Part shown: one piece after another, positions 10,246 to 19,111 of the stretch
Layout: the number at the start of each line of letters is the position of its first letter
How positions within the stretch are numbered: the first letter of the stretch is position 1
Source: an uncultured Bacilli bacterium
GTDB lineage: Bacteria; Bacillota_I; Bacilli_A; RF39; UBA660
Assembly: GCA_947626515.1 (NCBI GenBank)
Contig: CANQSL010000002.1
Location: 14,339 to 78,338 of the forward strand
Reading direction: 5' to 3'
DNA: 64,000 nt
The notes under the pieces: generated by a model
Told to the model about the DNA's origin: nothing
The model's input: only the letters and a program-made list of their open reading frames with translations
Database searches by the model: none
Program-made: the position numbers and the translations under genes

Positions 10246-11118
10246 ATGGGAAATATAACTAAGGCAATTATACCTGTTGCAGGTTTTGCGACAAGACTAT
10301 ATCCTTTGAGTAAAGGAATAAAAAAATCTTTTATGCCAATAATAGATAAAGATGGATTTAAACCAATAATACTTAAAATATTAGAAGATTTAATATCTAA
10401 TGGAATTAAAGATATATATTTAGTAATTGGCGAAGATGAAGAAAAGATATATGACAATTTTTTCAATAAGGAAATAAGTGCTTTAATTTACAATAAATTA
10501 AGTGATAAATATAAAGAATATGAAAAAGATATTTTGAAAATAGGGAAAAGTATTCATTATGTTGTTCAACATGAGCAAAAGGGATTAGGACATGCAGTTT
10601 ATTTATGTAAGGATTATATAAAAGACGAACCAGTTTTGATCTCTTTAGGTGATACTTATTTTGAATCAGAAAATATTCATCCAATAAAACAAATGTTAGA
10701 TTTTTATGATGAAGTAAAAACTAATATAGTTGCGTGTGAAGTAATTAAAGATGAAGAAATTAAAAATGTTGGTATAATGAAAGGTAATTGGATAAATAAA
10801 GAAAAAACTAAAATGAACATAGAAAAATATGTTGAAAAGCCAGATATTAATTATGCTAAAAAAGAATTATCTAGCGATGGAAAATGTTTTGGAAATTTTG
10901 GAATGTGGATAATAAATAAAGATATATTTGATAAAATAGAAAGTGATATAAAAAATAATAATTTGTATAAAAATGAAATTCAACTTGTTAATGCTATAGC
11001 AGATTTGGTAAACAAAATAGATGTAAAAGCATTAGTTATAGATGGATATTCTTATGATGTAGGAAATTTTGAAAGTTATAAAAATACTTTATTTGAAACA
11101 ATAAAAAAGTATAATTAA
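10246..11118 (+). CDS. galU: sugar-1-phosphate nucleotidyltransferase, GalU/GtaB-like (UTP-glucose-1-phosphate uridylyltransferase)
   Basis: N-terminal KAIIPVAGFATRLYPLSKGIKKSFMPI matches the GalU signature KAxIPxAGxGTRxLPxTK. Also QHEQKGLGHAV. Confidence 0.75.
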   Translation: MGNITKAIIPVAGFATRLYPLSKGIKKSFMPIIDKDGFKPIILKILEDLISNGIKDIYLVIGEDEEKIYDNFFNKEISALIYNKLSDKYKEYEKDILKIGKSIHYVVQHEQKGLGHAVYLCKDYIKDEPVLISLGDTYFESENIHPIKQMLDFYDEVKTNIVACEVIKDEEIKNVGIMKGNWINKEKTKMNIEKYVEKPDINYAKKELSSDGKCFGNFGMWIINKDIFDKIESDIKNNNLYKNEIQLVNAIADLVNKIDVKALVIDGYSYDVGNFESYKNTLFETIKKYN

Positions 11119-11120
11119 GA

Positions 11121-11148
11121 AAAAATCTATATTTATAGACTTTTTTTT
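11121..11148 (+). terminator. weak AT-rich hairpin plus T-run after galU
   Basis: tctat (11126-11130) / ataga (11135-11139) flanked by an A-run and an 8-T run. Confidence 0.4.
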
Positions 11149-11182
11149 AATATTTTAGTAAAATAAGTTTGGTGACGAATAT

Positions 11183-11938
11183 ATGTTAGAAATAAAAAAT
11201 TTAACTGTATCTGTAGATAAAAAAATAATATTAAAAGATTTTAATTTAAATATAAAAAATAATGAGATTCATGCACTTATGGGACTTAATGGTACTGGAA
11301 AAAGTACTATATGTAAAGTTTTAATGGGGGATGATACTTATAAAGTTGAAAAGGGTAGTATTTTATATAATGGAAAAGATTTATTAAATATGGATACTAC
11401 TACAAGAGCAAGAAATGGAATCTATTTAGTAAGTCAAAATCCAATTGAAATTGAAGGAGTTAAAAACTCAGAAATGTTAAAAATTGCATTAGAAAGTGTA
11501 AAAGGGAAGCATTATGATGTTTTTGAGTTTTCTAAAATAATGAATAACGTATGTGAAAAATTAAATATTCCTAAAAGTTTTATACATAGGGGAATAAACG
11601 AATCTATGTCAGGTGGAGAAAGAAAAAAAAATGAACTTATGCATCTTTGGGTATTAGAACCATTTTTTATATTATTGGATGAAATAGATTCTGGAGTTGA
11701 TATTGACAATTTAAATATAATAAGTAAATCTTTAAAAGAATATTTTGATACTCACTCGTGTTCTATATTAATAATTACTCACCATACTAATATTTTAGAT
11801 AAAATAAGACCAAATTATGTTCATGTTTTAAATGATGGAAAAATAGTCGAAACAGGAGATTATAAGTTAGCACAGGATATAGAAAAACTTGGCTTTAATG
11901 GGACAAATAATGTAAGAAAGAAAAAAGATTATGAATAA
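11183..11938 (+). CDS. sufC: Fe-S cluster assembly ATPase SufC
   Basis: Walker A GLNGTGKST, signature MSGGERKKNE, Walker B ILLDEIDSG. First gene of a suf cluster. Confidence 0.9.
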   Translation: MLEIKNLTVSVDKKIILKDFNLNIKNNEIHALMGLNGTGKSTICKVLMGDDTYKVEKGSILYNGKDLLNMDTTTRARNGIYLVSQNPIEIEGVKNSEMLKIALESVKGKHYDVFEFSKIMNNVCEKLNIPKSFIHRGINESMSGGERKKNELMHLWVLEPFFILLDEIDSGVDIDNLNIISKSLKEYFDTHSCSILIITHHTNILDKIRPNYVHVLNDGKIVETGDYKLAQDIEKLGFNGTNNVRKKKDYE

Positions 11939-12527
11939 AATATTATTGGATAATGAATTAATAGCAAATTTAAATATTGAAGAGGATTCAATTTTATATA
12001 TAAATAATAATGATACTTTAAATATCAATATAACTATTAATGATAATAAGAAATTAATTATTCATGAATATAATGAACGTTCTAAAAAATACAATATAAA
12101 AATAAAACAATATAATAATACTGAATTTGTATATAATCATTCATATTTATCAAAAGATAGCTATGAATTAAATATAGATATCAAGTTATGCGGAAATTGC
12201 TCCAAAAATAAAATTAATATACATGGAGTAAACGATGGTGGTAATAGTAATATTTATGTAAATGGAAATGTTTTAAAAGATACAGAAGATAATGAATTAT
12301 ATGAAAATATAAAAATAATGAATATTAATGGAGGAAAAGTTGAAATAAGACCTAATATGTTTATTGATACTAAAAATGTTATTGCAAATCATTCAGCAAG
12401 TGTAACTAATATAGATAAAGATTATTTGTTTTATTTAAATTCAAAAGGAATAGATAATGAAGATGGTGCAAAATTAATTATAGATGGTTTTCTAAATAAA
12501 AAAAATTTAATAGAAGGGGGCGAATAG
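11931..12527 (+). CDS. short SufB/SufD-family protein (C-terminal beta-helix part only)
   Basis: 198 aa. The C-terminus ANHSASVTNIDKDYLFYLNSKGIDNEDGAKLIIDGFL matches the conserved SufB/D tail. Overlaps sufC by 8 nt. Confidence 0.7.
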   Translation: MNKILLDNELIANLNIEEDSILYINNNDTLNINITINDNKKLIIHEYNERSKKYNIKIKQYNNTEFVYNHSYLSKDSYELNIDIKLCGNCSKNKINIHGVNDGGNSNIYVNGNVLKDTEDNELYENIKIMNINGGKVEIRPNMFIDTKNVIANHSASVTNIDKDYLFYLNSKGIDNEDGAKLIIDGFLNKKNLIEGGE

Positions 12528-12528
12528 T

Positions 12529-13728
12529 TTGAAAGAATATAGAGACGATTTTCCTATGCTTGATAAAAATATAATATATTTTGATAATGGAGCAACTACT
12601 TTTAAACCTAAATGTGTTATAGATGCAATTAGCGATTACTATAATAATTATTCTGCTAATGCTCATAGAGGTGATTATACTATAAGTTATAAAGTTGACG
12701 TTCAATATGAAACTGCTAGAAAGAAAGTAGCAGAATTTATAAATGCTGACTTTGATGAAGTAATATTTACGTCGGGGACTACTGATTCTTTAAATATGAT
12801 TGTAGATGGCTTTTTTAAAAATTTTTTAGAAAGTGGAGATGAAGTTTTATTAACAAAAAGTGAACATGCATCTAATGTGCTTCCATGGTTTAAACTTTCT
12901 AAAGAATCAGGAATTAATATAAATTATATTGACTTGGATGAGAATTTGCATGTTACAATGGACAATGTTATAAAAGCTATAAATCCTAAAACTAAAGTTA
13001 TAAGCATAGCTGGAATAACTAATGTTGTTGGCGATGAAAGACCTATAGATGAAATATGTAAATATGCTCATGCCAATGATATATTTGTAATTATTGATGG
13101 AGCACAATTAGTGCCACATAAAAAAGTAGACGTTAAAAAAAGTGATATAGATTTTTTAGCATTTAGTGGACATAAAATGTGTGGACCTACTGGTATTGGT
13201 GTATTGTATGGAAAAAAAGAATTTTTAGAAAAGCTTAATCCAACGAGATTAGGTGGAGGTATGAATGAATCATTTGATAATCCAAATGAAGTATATTTGA
13301 AAGAATTACCTTCTAGATTAGAAGCTGGTACACCTAATATAGCAGGAGTAATTGGATTTTCAGCTGCAATAGACTATTTAAATAAAATAGGAATGGATAA
13401 CATTAATAATTATGAAAAAAAGTTAAAGAGTTATTTAATTGATAAACTTATAAAACTTCCATATATTGATATAATAAATTTAGAAAGTGATTCTGGAATA
13501 GTTTCATTTAATATAGATGGTATATTTAGTCAAGATGTTGCGTTTTATTTAAATAAATATAATATATGTGTAAGAGCTGGAAATCATTGTGCAAAAATAT
13601 TAAAGAGTAAAACGGGGGTAAAAAATAGCTTGAGAATTAGTTTATATTTTTATAATACTTATGAAGAGATTGATAAATTTGTAGAACTTATTAGCGATAA
13701 AGAAAAAATAATGAAAGAAATGATATAA
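12529..13728 (+). CDS. sufS: cysteine desulfurase SufS
   Basis: TTG start after GAAGGGGG. DFPML...YFDNGATTFKP, FSGHKMCGPTGIG (PLP Lys), RAGNHCA (catalytic Cys). Confidence 0.9.
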   Translation: MKEYRDDFPMLDKNIIYFDNGATTFKPKCVIDAISDYYNNYSANAHRGDYTISYKVDVQYETARKKVAEFINADFDEVIFTSGTTDSLNMIVDGFFKNFLESGDEVLLTKSEHASNVLPWFKLSKESGININYIDLDENLHVTMDNVIKAINPKTKVISIAGITNVVGDERPIDEICKYAHANDIFVIIDGAQLVPHKKVDVKKSDIDFLAFSGHKMCGPTGIGVLYGKKEFLEKLNPTRLGGGMNESFDNPNEVYLKELPSRLEAGTPNIAGVIGFSAAIDYLNKIGMDNINNYEKKLKSYLIDKLIKLPYIDIINLESDSGIVSFNIDGIFSQDVAFYLNKYNICVRAGNHCAKILKSKTGVKNSLRISLYFYNTYEEIDKFVELISDKEKIMKEMI

Positions 13729-14151
13729 GTGGATAGTGAATTAAAAAGAGAAATTATATTAGATAATTATCAAAATCCATTTAATAAAGATGGAAAAGAT
13801 GATTTAAACTATGAAAAAGTAAATTCGAATAATGAATCTTGTATAGATAATATAGATTTATATGTATTAATAGAAGATAAAATAATAAAAGATATACATT
13901 TTAATGGAGAAGCTTGTGCTATATCAACGGCAAGTACATCTATAATGTTAAAAAATATTATTGGAAAAAATGTTATAGATGCAATAGAATATATAAATAA
14001 TTTCATGAACATGATAAATGAAAATGATTATAATGAAGAATTATTGGGAGAAGGTATAGCATTTACTGATATTTATAAGCAACAAAATCGAAAAACATGC
14101 GTTACTTTACCTTATGTAGGAATAATAAAAATATTGAAGAAATACATTTAG
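13729..14151 (+). CDS. sufU: SufU/IscU-like Fe-S scaffold / sulfur acceptor
   Basis: GTG start abuts the sufS stop. Cys ligand contexts ESCID, GEACAISTAS and KTCVTLPY. Confidence 0.85.
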   Translation: MDSELKREIILDNYQNPFNKDGKDDLNYEKVNSNNESCIDNIDLYVLIEDKIIKDIHFNGEACAISTASTSIMLKNIIGKNVIDAIEYINNFMNMINENDYNEELLGEGIAFTDIYKQQNRKTCVTLPYVGIIKILKKYI

Positions 14152-14163
14152 TAGGAGGTATTT

Positions 14164-15528
14164 ATGTTAAAAATAAAAACAGATTCTAGATTAGTAAATG
14201 ATGGAGATATTTTTGTAGCGATAAAGGGTCATACTGTCGATGGTCATGATTATATTGAAACTGCAATAAAAAATGGAGCTAAAAAAATTATTTGTGAGCA
14301 TGGAAAATATGATGTTGAAACGCAAGTTGTAGAAAATTCGGAAAAATATTTAAATGATTATTTAGTAAAAAACTATAGTTCTAAGTTTAAAGATATTAAA
14401 TTTATTGGTATTACTGGTACTAATGGAAAAACTACTACAGCATATTTAACTAGTCAAATTTTAACTAAATTGCATGTTAATAATGCTTATATAGGTACTA
14501 TTGGCTATTATTATAATAGTGAATTTGTACGAGAATTACCAAATACTACACCAGATATTTTGCTATTATATAATTTAATTTTGGAATCTATTGAAAAAGG
14601 TGCAGAAGTTATAGTCATGGAAGTTAGTAGCCATGCGCTTTCTTATGAAAGAATAAATGGCGTTAAATTTGATGTAGCAGGATTTACGAATTTAACAGAA
14701 GATCATTTAGATTATCATAAGACTATGGAAAATTATTTAGAAGCTAAAAAGAAAATATTAAATTATATTAAAGATGATGGTGTAATGATTTCTAATATAG
14801 ATGATGAATATGGTTTATCATTTAAATATAAGAACTTTAAATCTATAGGATTTAAAGATAGTGATTATCATATAATTGATTTTAAATTTAATAATTTAAC
14901 AACTAATATAAAGCTTTCTTATCAAGATAATATATATGATATAACTACTAATTTATTGGGAAAATTTAATATTTATAATTATATTACTGCTCTTTCTTTT
15001 GTACATAATTTAGGTTATAAAATTGAAGATATTATTAATGTTGCAAGTGAAATTTATCCACCAAGTGGAAGAAATGAAGCGATAGATGTATTTGGATCTT
15101 TAGCAATAATAGATTATGCTCATACACCTGATGCTGTTGAAAAAATAATATTGACTCATAAAGAAATGAATAAGGGTAAAATTATTACAATAGTTGGTTG
15201 CGGTGGAGATCGAGATCCAAAAAAGAGACCTATAATGGGAAATATTGCAACAGATTTATCTGATTATGTTATATTTACAGATGATAATCCAAGATGTGAA
15301 GATGAGAAAAAAATAATGGAAGATATACTAAAAGGTGTTTTAAAGGATAATTATAAAGTTGTATTTGATAGAAGGAAAGCAATAGAAGAAGGCTTGAGTA
15401 TGTTAGATAAAAATGATACTTTACTAATTTTAGGTAAAGGACATGAAGATTATCAAATAATAGGTACTAAAAAACATCATTTAAGTGATAGAGAAGAAGT
15501 TTTTAAATATATTGAAAATAATAAGTAA
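14164..15528 (+). CDS. murE: UDP-N-acetylmuramoyl-tripeptide synthetase MurE
   Basis: GITGTNGKTTT P-loop. The DNPR motif (TDDNPRCED) is typical of meso-DAP-adding enzymes. Confidence 0.9.
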   Translation: MLKIKTDSRLVNDGDIFVAIKGHTVDGHDYIETAIKNGAKKIICEHGKYDVETQVVENSEKYLNDYLVKNYSSKFKDIKFIGITGTNGKTTTAYLTSQILTKLHVNNAYIGTIGYYYNSEFVRELPNTTPDILLLYNLILESIEKGAEVIVMEVSSHALSYERINGVKFDVAGFTNLTEDHLDYHKTMENYLEAKKKILNYIKDDGVMISNIDDEYGLSFKYKNFKSIGFKDSDYHIIDFKFNNLTTNIKLSYQDNIYDITTNLLGKFNIYNYITALSFVHNLGYKIEDIINVASEIYPPSGRNEAIDVFGSLAIIDYAHTPDAVEKIILTHKEMNKGKIITIVGCGGDRDPKKRPIMGNIATDLSDYVIFTDDNPRCEDEKKIMEDILKGVLKDNYKVVFDRRKAIEEGLSMLDKNDTLLILGKGHEDYQIIGTKKHHLSDREEVFKYIENNK

Positions 15529-15554
15529 AATATTTGTAATTTTTATTTAAAATA

Positions 15555-15583
15555 TTGTTTCAAAATTAATAAAGTGTTATACT
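15555..15583 (+). promoter_or_regulatory. putative extended -10 promoter in the murE-downstream spacer
   Basis: TTGTTT (15555-15560), 17-nt spacer, TGtTATACT (15575-15583). Confidence 0.4.
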
Positions 15584-15589
15584 TATTTT

Positions 15590-15694
15590 AAGATAGGAAG
15601 TGATAAGATGAAATTTAGTTGTAATATACAAAAAATGAATTCTTATACTTCCTTTTCTTTATAAGAGTGTTTCTTTTTTGAGCACTCTTTTTTT
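15590..15694 (+). ncRNA. candidate structured leader or small RNA (two hairpins, 18-codon ORF)
   Basis: P1: aggaagtgataag (15595-15607) pairs with cttatacttcct (15642-15653), 12 bp with one bulge, sequestering the SD of an 18-aa ORF (15608-15664, MKFSCNIQKMNSYTSFSL). A terminator hairpin follows. Confidence 0.4.
15663..15694 (+). terminator. intrinsic terminator ending 1 nt before the RBS of the next gene
   Basis: Stem aagagtgtt (15663-15671) / agcactctt (15681-15689), 9-nt loop, T-run to 15694. GGAGGA at 15695-15700, ATG at 15705. Confidence 0.65.
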
Positions 15695-15704
15695 GGAGGA
15701 TTAA

Positions 15705-16688
15705 ATGAGTGAGCTAGAATTATTGGAAACATTAAAAGAACTATCTAAAAAAGAAATCAGTTTAACTGAGGTTAGCAAAATATTAAAGTGCGAAAAATAT
15801 GAAGCTTTATCTTTATTAAGAAAATTAAGATTAGAAGGTATTAATATATTTACTCAAAATAAGGATGATGATATATATATTCTTAATCAAGGAGAAAGTG
15901 AATTAAACGAAAATAATAATTATAAATTTCATACGGATGATAATCATGAGTTTAAATTTGTTGCAATATCTGATACTAGAATAGGCTCAACTTATCAACA
16001 ATTATCTATATTGAATGATATTTATTTAAAAGCATATGAATTGGGTTATAAAAATATCATATTATGTGGAAATATTTCTGAAGGACTATATCCATTAAAC
16101 AATGTTTATTCTCAATATAATTTTTTAGATGATACATTGAGGCAAGTAGATTATATAGTTGAAAATTATCCTTATATTGAAGGAATAAAAACTTATTTTA
16201 TAACTGGAGGAAAAGATGAAAAACATTTAAAAAATAACAAAATAAATATTGGAAAAAGAATTAGTGATTTAAGAAATGATATGATTTATTTAGGATATAA
16301 TTCTTGTGATATAACAATTGATAAAACTAAAATGTTAGTGTTTAATCCAAAATTAATTAAAACTTATACAGTTTCTTATAGACCACAACAACAAATTGAT
16401 TCTTTTAGAAGTGAAGATAAGCCAGATATATTACTATATGGTGGATTACTACAAATGGAAAAATTTACATATCGTAATGTTCAATGTATTTCTGTACCAA
16501 GCGTTTGTGCAACAACAAAAGAAATGTCAGATAAAAGACATTCTAATACTATTGGAGCGTGGTATGTTACGGTTAAAACCGATAGATATGGAAAATTAAA
16601 AAAATGTTGTGCAATAGATTCGGTATATTATAAAACTAATAAAGACGATTATTTAAATGCAAAAGTATTAAAGTTAACTAATAATTGA
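15705..16688 (+). CDS. wHTH-like N-domain plus degenerate (predicted inactive) calcineurin-like metallophosphoesterase paralogue
   Basis: Clearly homologous to the next ORF, but all metal-ligand motifs are altered: SDTRIGS, CGNISEG, TGGKDE, FNPK, YGGLLQ. Confidence 0.8.
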   Translation: MSELELLETLKELSKKEISLTEVSKILKCEKYEALSLLRKLRLEGINIFTQNKDDDIYILNQGESELNENNNYKFHTDDNHEFKFVAISDTRIGSTYQQLSILNDIYLKAYELGYKNIILCGNISEGLYPLNNVYSQYNFLDDTLRQVDYIVENYPYIEGIKTYFITGGKDEKHLKNNKINIGKRISDLRNDMIYLGYNSCDITIDKTKMLVFNPKLIKTYTVSYRPQQQIDSFRSEDKPDILLYGGLLQMEKFTYRNVQCISVPSVCATTKEMSDKRHSNTIGAWYVTVKTDRYGKLKKCCAIDSVYYKTNKDDYLNAKVLKLTNN

Positions 16689-16695
16689 GGTGGAT

Positions 16696-17688
16696 ATGGA
16701 ATACAGTAAAGAATATGTTGAAAAAATATATAAATATATAAAAAATAATTCTTCAGTAGAAGATTTTAAAGAAAAATTTCATCTTAATAATGTAGAATTA
16801 GAAGGACTACTAGAATTATTTAGAATATATGGTAAAAGAGTAGATATTGTTAATGATAATGATACTTTAATATTTGAAAAACCACTTAAAAAAAATATAA
16901 TAACTACTAAACCAAATTTAAATACAAATGAATTAATTCATACTGAAATTTGTGTAGTCTCCGATACTCATTTTGGAAATATTCATCAACAATTACATTT
17001 GTTAAATAAAGTTTACAAAGAAGCTTATAATAGGGGGATAACTACTGTCTTACACTGTGGAGATTTAGTTGATGGAAATTATTTGAATAGAGCTGAGCAA
17101 CCTAGGCAACAATTTTTACATGGTTTTGATGAACAAGCAGGTTATGTTGTAGATATGTATCCATTAATAAATGGCATAACTACTAAATATATATTGGGCA
17201 GTCATGATGAAACACATTATAAAAACGGACAGGCAACGATTAATAATTGGGTTTCTAGATGTAGAAAAGATATGGTGTTTTTAGGACAGGATAGTGCTGC
17301 TATTGAAATTAATGGAATTAAAATATTTATGGATCATCCAGGAGGAGGTTCTGCACAGTCTATCTCATATAAGCCTCAAAAAAGAATAGAAATATTAGAA
17401 TCATATTATAAACCTAAAATTTTACTCATAGGTCATTATCATAAAAGTTATTCTTTTGTATATCGCAATGTTAGGGGCGTTGAAATACCTAGTTTTTGTG
17501 ATAAAACACAATTTCAACAAAAGCAAGGATTATCGAATGTTGTTGGAGCTTATTTTTTAAATATATATTCTGATAATAAAGGAAATATACAATATTTTGA
17601 ACCTGAAGAGATAATTTTTAAACCAAGTGATATGTGGGAAGAAGCAGGAAAAGACAAAACGAAGGTGAAACAATTGGTTATAAAGTAA
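16696..17688 (+). CDS. wHTH-like N-domain plus calcineurin-like metallophosphoesterase (intact motifs)
   Basis: Motifs I-V: VSDTHFGN, CGDLVDGN, GSHDE, MDHPGG, IGHYH. ATG 16696 follows GAGGTGG. The ORF-track GTG is at 16690. Confidence 0.8.
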   Translation: MEYSKEYVEKIYKYIKNNSSVEDFKEKFHLNNVELEGLLELFRIYGKRVDIVNDNDTLIFEKPLKKNIITTKPNLNTNELIHTEICVVSDTHFGNIHQQLHLLNKVYKEAYNRGITTVLHCGDLVDGNYLNRAEQPRQQFLHGFDEQAGYVVDMYPLINGITTKYILGSHDETHYKNGQATINNWVSRCRKDMVFLGQDSAAIEINGIKIFMDHPGGGSAQSISYKPQKRIEILESYYKPKILLIGHYHKSYSFVYRNVRGVEIPSFCDKTQFQQKQGLSNVVGAYFLNIYSDNKGNIQYFEPEEIIFKPSDMWEEAGKDKTKVKQLVIK

Positions 17689-17768
17689 TATTTATTATTA
17701 CTTTTTTTCTTGTATCTATAAATATATTTTGATAAAATAAATTTTATATTTTGAAAGAAGTGTTAATT

Positions 17769-18992
17769 ATGTTTTGTAAAGAATTTTATGATACATTTAA
17801 TTTGCATAAAGAAGATATATTAGATGTACTAATTGAACATTATCATGAAAATAATAGAGATAAAATTATAAAAAGATTTAATAAAACTGATTTTGTATTT
17901 GAAAGCAATCCTGTAGATGAATATAATTATATGTTATTTAATGATTATAGTTTTAGAGATTTAATAAAATCACTAAAAGAAATTTTAATTTTTGAGAGAA
18001 ATTCTAAAAAATATAAAAAAGAATATTATAAATGGTTAGAAATATATATTAATACAAAATTATTACAAAAAGGTGAAATAAAATTGTCTAATGATAATGT
18101 TTGGAAAATTTTTTCAGACTATATCTTCGCTTTTAGTATAGATAGTGAAATACTTTTAAATAATGAGTCAACTCCTTCATCTGTAAAACAAAATATATTA
18201 GATAGAAAAAAATGTTTTTATGAAACTGTAAAAAAAGAAAATTTATGTATAGCTGTTGAATGTGATAGGGTGGAGGAATACTGTTCCTTTGTAAATGATG
18301 TCAAGGATTATTTTATGTGTGAGATAGCTAAGAAAACAAAATTAGGAAATTATTTACATAATAAATATAAAAGTCTTTTTGATATTAATATAAAAGAATT
18401 GGTGTTTGGAAGTACTAAAGCTTTTAATCTCACATTTTTTTATGATGATAATGATAAATCTAAATTTTATAAAATACTAAAATATCCTATAATGAGTTTA
18501 AAAAATAATAAAAGTAATAATTTAGATGTAACTTTAATGCATGAAATAATTCATAGTATAGAAACTAGTGAAAAGGGATTAGGTGTTGGAGTAGACAATA
18601 ATTCTAAAAATATTATTTTTAATGAAATTAGAACTCAAAAACTTGCTATAGAATTAACTAAAAAGTTACATAAAAAAAATATATTTATTTTTGATGATCC
18701 TAAAAATTATGAAGATGAATTTATGGATTCATATGAAATATATGCTCCAATAAGTTTTGATTTTATAACTAAATATGATGAGATAATTACTGATTGTGCT
18801 ATTAATAATACGCCGGATAAATTAGAAGAAATATTTGGAGAAAATTTTAAAGAGTATTCTAAATTATTAGATGAATTACATAGTAAAATAAAACAATATA
18901 ATGAATGTGGATATTCAAATAAAAATGTTACTAATGAAAAAGCATTAATATTAGTAAATAAAATGAATAAATATTATGAAAAAAAGAGATAA
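17769..18992 (+). CDS. hypothetical cytoplasmic protein with an HExxH zinc-metallopeptidase-like motif
   Basis: LMHEIIHSIE, followed 27 residues later by FNEIRTQ (a possible third ligand Glu). No signal peptide. ATG 17769 is preferred over TTG 17751. Confidence 0.6.
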   Translation: MFCKEFYDTFNLHKEDILDVLIEHYHENNRDKIIKRFNKTDFVFESNPVDEYNYMLFNDYSFRDLIKSLKEILIFERNSKKYKKEYYKWLEIYINTKLLQKGEIKLSNDNVWKIFSDYIFAFSIDSEILLNNESTPSSVKQNILDRKKCFYETVKKENLCIAVECDRVEEYCSFVNDVKDYFMCEIAKKTKLGNYLHNKYKSLFDINIKELVFGSTKAFNLTFFYDDNDKSKFYKILKYPIMSLKNNKSNNLDVTLMHEIIHSIETSEKGLGVGVDNNSKNIIFNEIRTQKLAIELTKKLHKKNIFIFDDPKNYEDEFMDSYEIYAPISFDFITKYDEIITDCAINNTPDKLEEIFGENFKEYSKLLDELHSKIKQYNECGYSNKNVTNEKALILVNKMNKYYEKKR

Positions 18993-19014
18993 AATTAAAA
19001 AAATAATATAATCA

Positions 19015-19046
19015 AATTAACTTTAATATTTAAGTTAATTTTTTTA
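19015..19046 (+). terminator. intrinsic terminator
   Basis: Stem aattaactt (19015-19023) / aagttaatt (19032-19040), 8-nt loop, T-run. Confidence 0.6.
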
Positions 19047-19111
19047 TTTTTTCACAAAAAAATCATAATAAACTCATAAAAATATATTATTTTTTTATTG
19101 GAGGTCATATT

